Assembly: GCF_055900595.2 (NCBI RefSeq)
Contig: NZ_CM148325.1
Direction: 5' to 3' (one strand)
Length of the DNA: 64,000 nt
The position numbers were made by a program, and so were the translations under genes. Below, piece by piece: positions 62,631-64,000 of the stretch. Each line of letters begins with the position of its first letter. The stretch's first letter is position 1. The notes under the pieces were generated by a model. It made no database searches, had not been told where the DNA came from, and saw only the letters and a list, made by a program, of their open reading frames with translations.

Positions 62631-62693
62631 CGCATTAAAAATGCCTGGTAAGCACCCGCTTACCAGGCAACGCATCAAGAACAGGTAATCACC

Positions 62694-63317
62694 GTGCTCA
62701 ACAAACTCTCCTCACTGCTGAAAGACGCAGGAATTTCGCTTACCGATCACCAGAAAAACCAGCTTATTGCCTACGTGAATATGCTGCATAAGTGGAATAA
62801 AGCGTACAACCTGACTTCGGTCCGCGATCCTAATGAGATGCTGGTACGCCATATTCTCGATAGCATTGTGGTGGCACCGTATCTGCAAGGTGAACGGTTT
62901 ATCGATGTCGGCACCGGACCAGGACTGCCTGGCATTCCACTCTCTATCGTGCGTCCTGAAGCCCATTTCACGTTGTTGGATAGCCTTGGTAAACGCGTGC
63001 GTTTCCTTCGTCAGGTGCAACATGAGCTTAAACTGGAGAATATTGAGCCAGTACAGAGCAGGGTAGAAGAGTTTCCATCAGAGCCGCCCTTTGATGGCGT
63101 AATTAGCCGCGCCTTTGCCTCTTTGAACGATATGGTGAGCTGGTGCCACCATCTTCCTGGTGAGCAAGGTCGTTTCTACGCGCTGAAAGGCCAAATACCG
63201 GAAGATGAAATCGCTTTGTTGCCCGAAGAATATCAGGTCGAATCAGTGGTTAAACTTCACGTTCCGGCCCTGGATGGCGAACGTCATCTGGTGGTGATTA
63301 AAGCAAATAAAATTTAA
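62694..63317 (+). CDS. rsmG: 16S rRNA m7G527 methyltransferase RsmG (GidB)
   Basis: 207-aa ORF with SAM-binding [12 protein letters not shown] motif; immediately downstream of mnmG. Confidence 0.95.
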   Translation: MLNKLSSLLKDAGISLTDHQKNQLIAYVNMLHKWNKAYNLTSVRDPNEMLVRHILDSIVVAPYLQGERFIDVGTGPGLPGIPLSIVRPEAHFTLLDSLGKRVRFLRQVQHELKLENIEPVQSRVEEFPSEPPFDGVISRAFASLNDMVSWCHHLPGEQGRFYALKGQIPEDEIALLPEEYQVESVVKLHVPALDGERHLVVIKANKI

Positions 63318-63402
63318 TTTTTATCAAAAAAAACATAAAAAAATGACCGGTTAGACTGTTAACAACAACCAGGTTTTCTACTGATATAACTGGTTACATT
63401 TA

Positions 63403-63448
63403 ACGCCACGTTCACTCTTTTGCATCAACGAGCTAACGTGGCTTTTTT
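63403..63448 (+). terminator. candidate terminator downstream of rsmG
   Basis: Inverted repeat gccacgtt...aacgtggc followed by TTTTTTGG. Confidence 0.45.
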
Positions 63449-63814
63449 GGGTAAGCAGAAAATAAGTCAGCAGTGAAAATATCAGGCTGCTAAAAATCGG
63501 CGCTAAGAACCATAATCATCTGTTAAAACATTATTAAAAATGTCAATGGGTGGTTTTTGTTGTGTAAATGTCACTTATTAAAAGAGTGTCTGTTTTTGGA
63601 CTTAAATATCATAAACTTGCAATGGCATCATTTGCCAAGTAAATAAATATGCTGTGCGCGAACATGCTCAATATGTGATCTGAAGCACGCTTTATCGCCA
63701 GTGTTTACGCGTTATTTACAGTTTTTCATGATCGAACAGCGTTAGCAGAAAAGTCGCAATTGTATGCACTGGAAAAATATTTAAACATTTATTCACCTTT
63801 TGGCTACTTATTGT

Positions 63815-63842
63815 TTGAAATCACGGGGGCGCACCGTATAAT
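63815..63842 (+). promoter_or_regulatory. candidate atp operon promoter
   Basis: TTGAAA (63815..63820) - 16 nt - TATAAT (63837..63842), about 90 nt upstream of atpI. Confidence 0.5.
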
Positions 63843-63933
63843 TTGACCGCTTTTTGATGCTTGACTCTAAGCCTTAAAGAAAGTTTTATACGACACGCGG
63901 CATACCTCGAAGGGAGCAGGAGTGAAAAACGTG

Positions 63934-64000
63934 ATGTCTGTGTCGCTCGTGAGTCGAAACGTTGCTCGGAAGCTTCTGCTCGTTCAGTTACTGGTGGTGA
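63934..64000 (+). CDS. atpI: ATP synthase protein I, N-terminal fragment (runs off window end)
   Basis: ATG at 63934 followed by MSVSLVSRNVARKLLLVQLLVV, matching the N-terminus of AtpI. Confidence 0.8.
   Translation, partial: MSVSLVSRNVARKLLLVQLLVV

Noticed and set aside
62644-62667. Hairpin cctggtaag-cacccg-cttaccagg after mnmG as a terminator
   Set aside because: No U-run follows, and mnmG-rsmG are expected to be co-transcribed; more likely an mRNA stability or processing structure than a terminator.

Overview
This 64 kb window is a syntenic, essentially complete match to the Escherichia coli chromosomal region spanning the replication origin. No undescribed system is evident: I found no IS element, transposase, integrase, phage gene, CRISPR array or foreign island, and every intergenic gap is short and explained by known promoters, attenuators, terminators or REP repeats. 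In order, the window holds: the 5' part of glmZ, aslA, aslB, the argX-hisR-leuT-proM tRNA operon, yifK, the 12-gene enterobacterial common antigen (wec/rff) cluster, rho with its leader rhoL, trxA, rhlB, gppA, rep, a yifN-like PemK-family ORF, ppiC, ilvC/ilvY, the ilvL-ilvX-ilvGMEDA operon, comM, yifE (maoP), hdfR, the rrnC operon (16S, tRNA-Glu, 23S, 5S, tRNA-Asp, tRNA-Trp), yieP, hsrA, rbsDACBKR, kup, ravA-viaA, asnA/asnC, mioC, oriC, mnmG (gidA), rsmG (gidB) and the start of atpI. Gene identities come from reading the translated ORFs and RNA sequences against what I remember of E. coli K-12; no database search was run. Several ORF-track calls are N-terminally over-extended and I give corrected starts. 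The points most worth a second look are strain-level differences from K-12 (an uninterrupted 548-aa ilvG and an apparently intact yifN-like solitary toxin ORF), plus small regulatory elements: leader peptides, the candidate maoS site, the hsrA/rbsR convergent overlap and an intra-operon hairpin between rbsB and rbsK.
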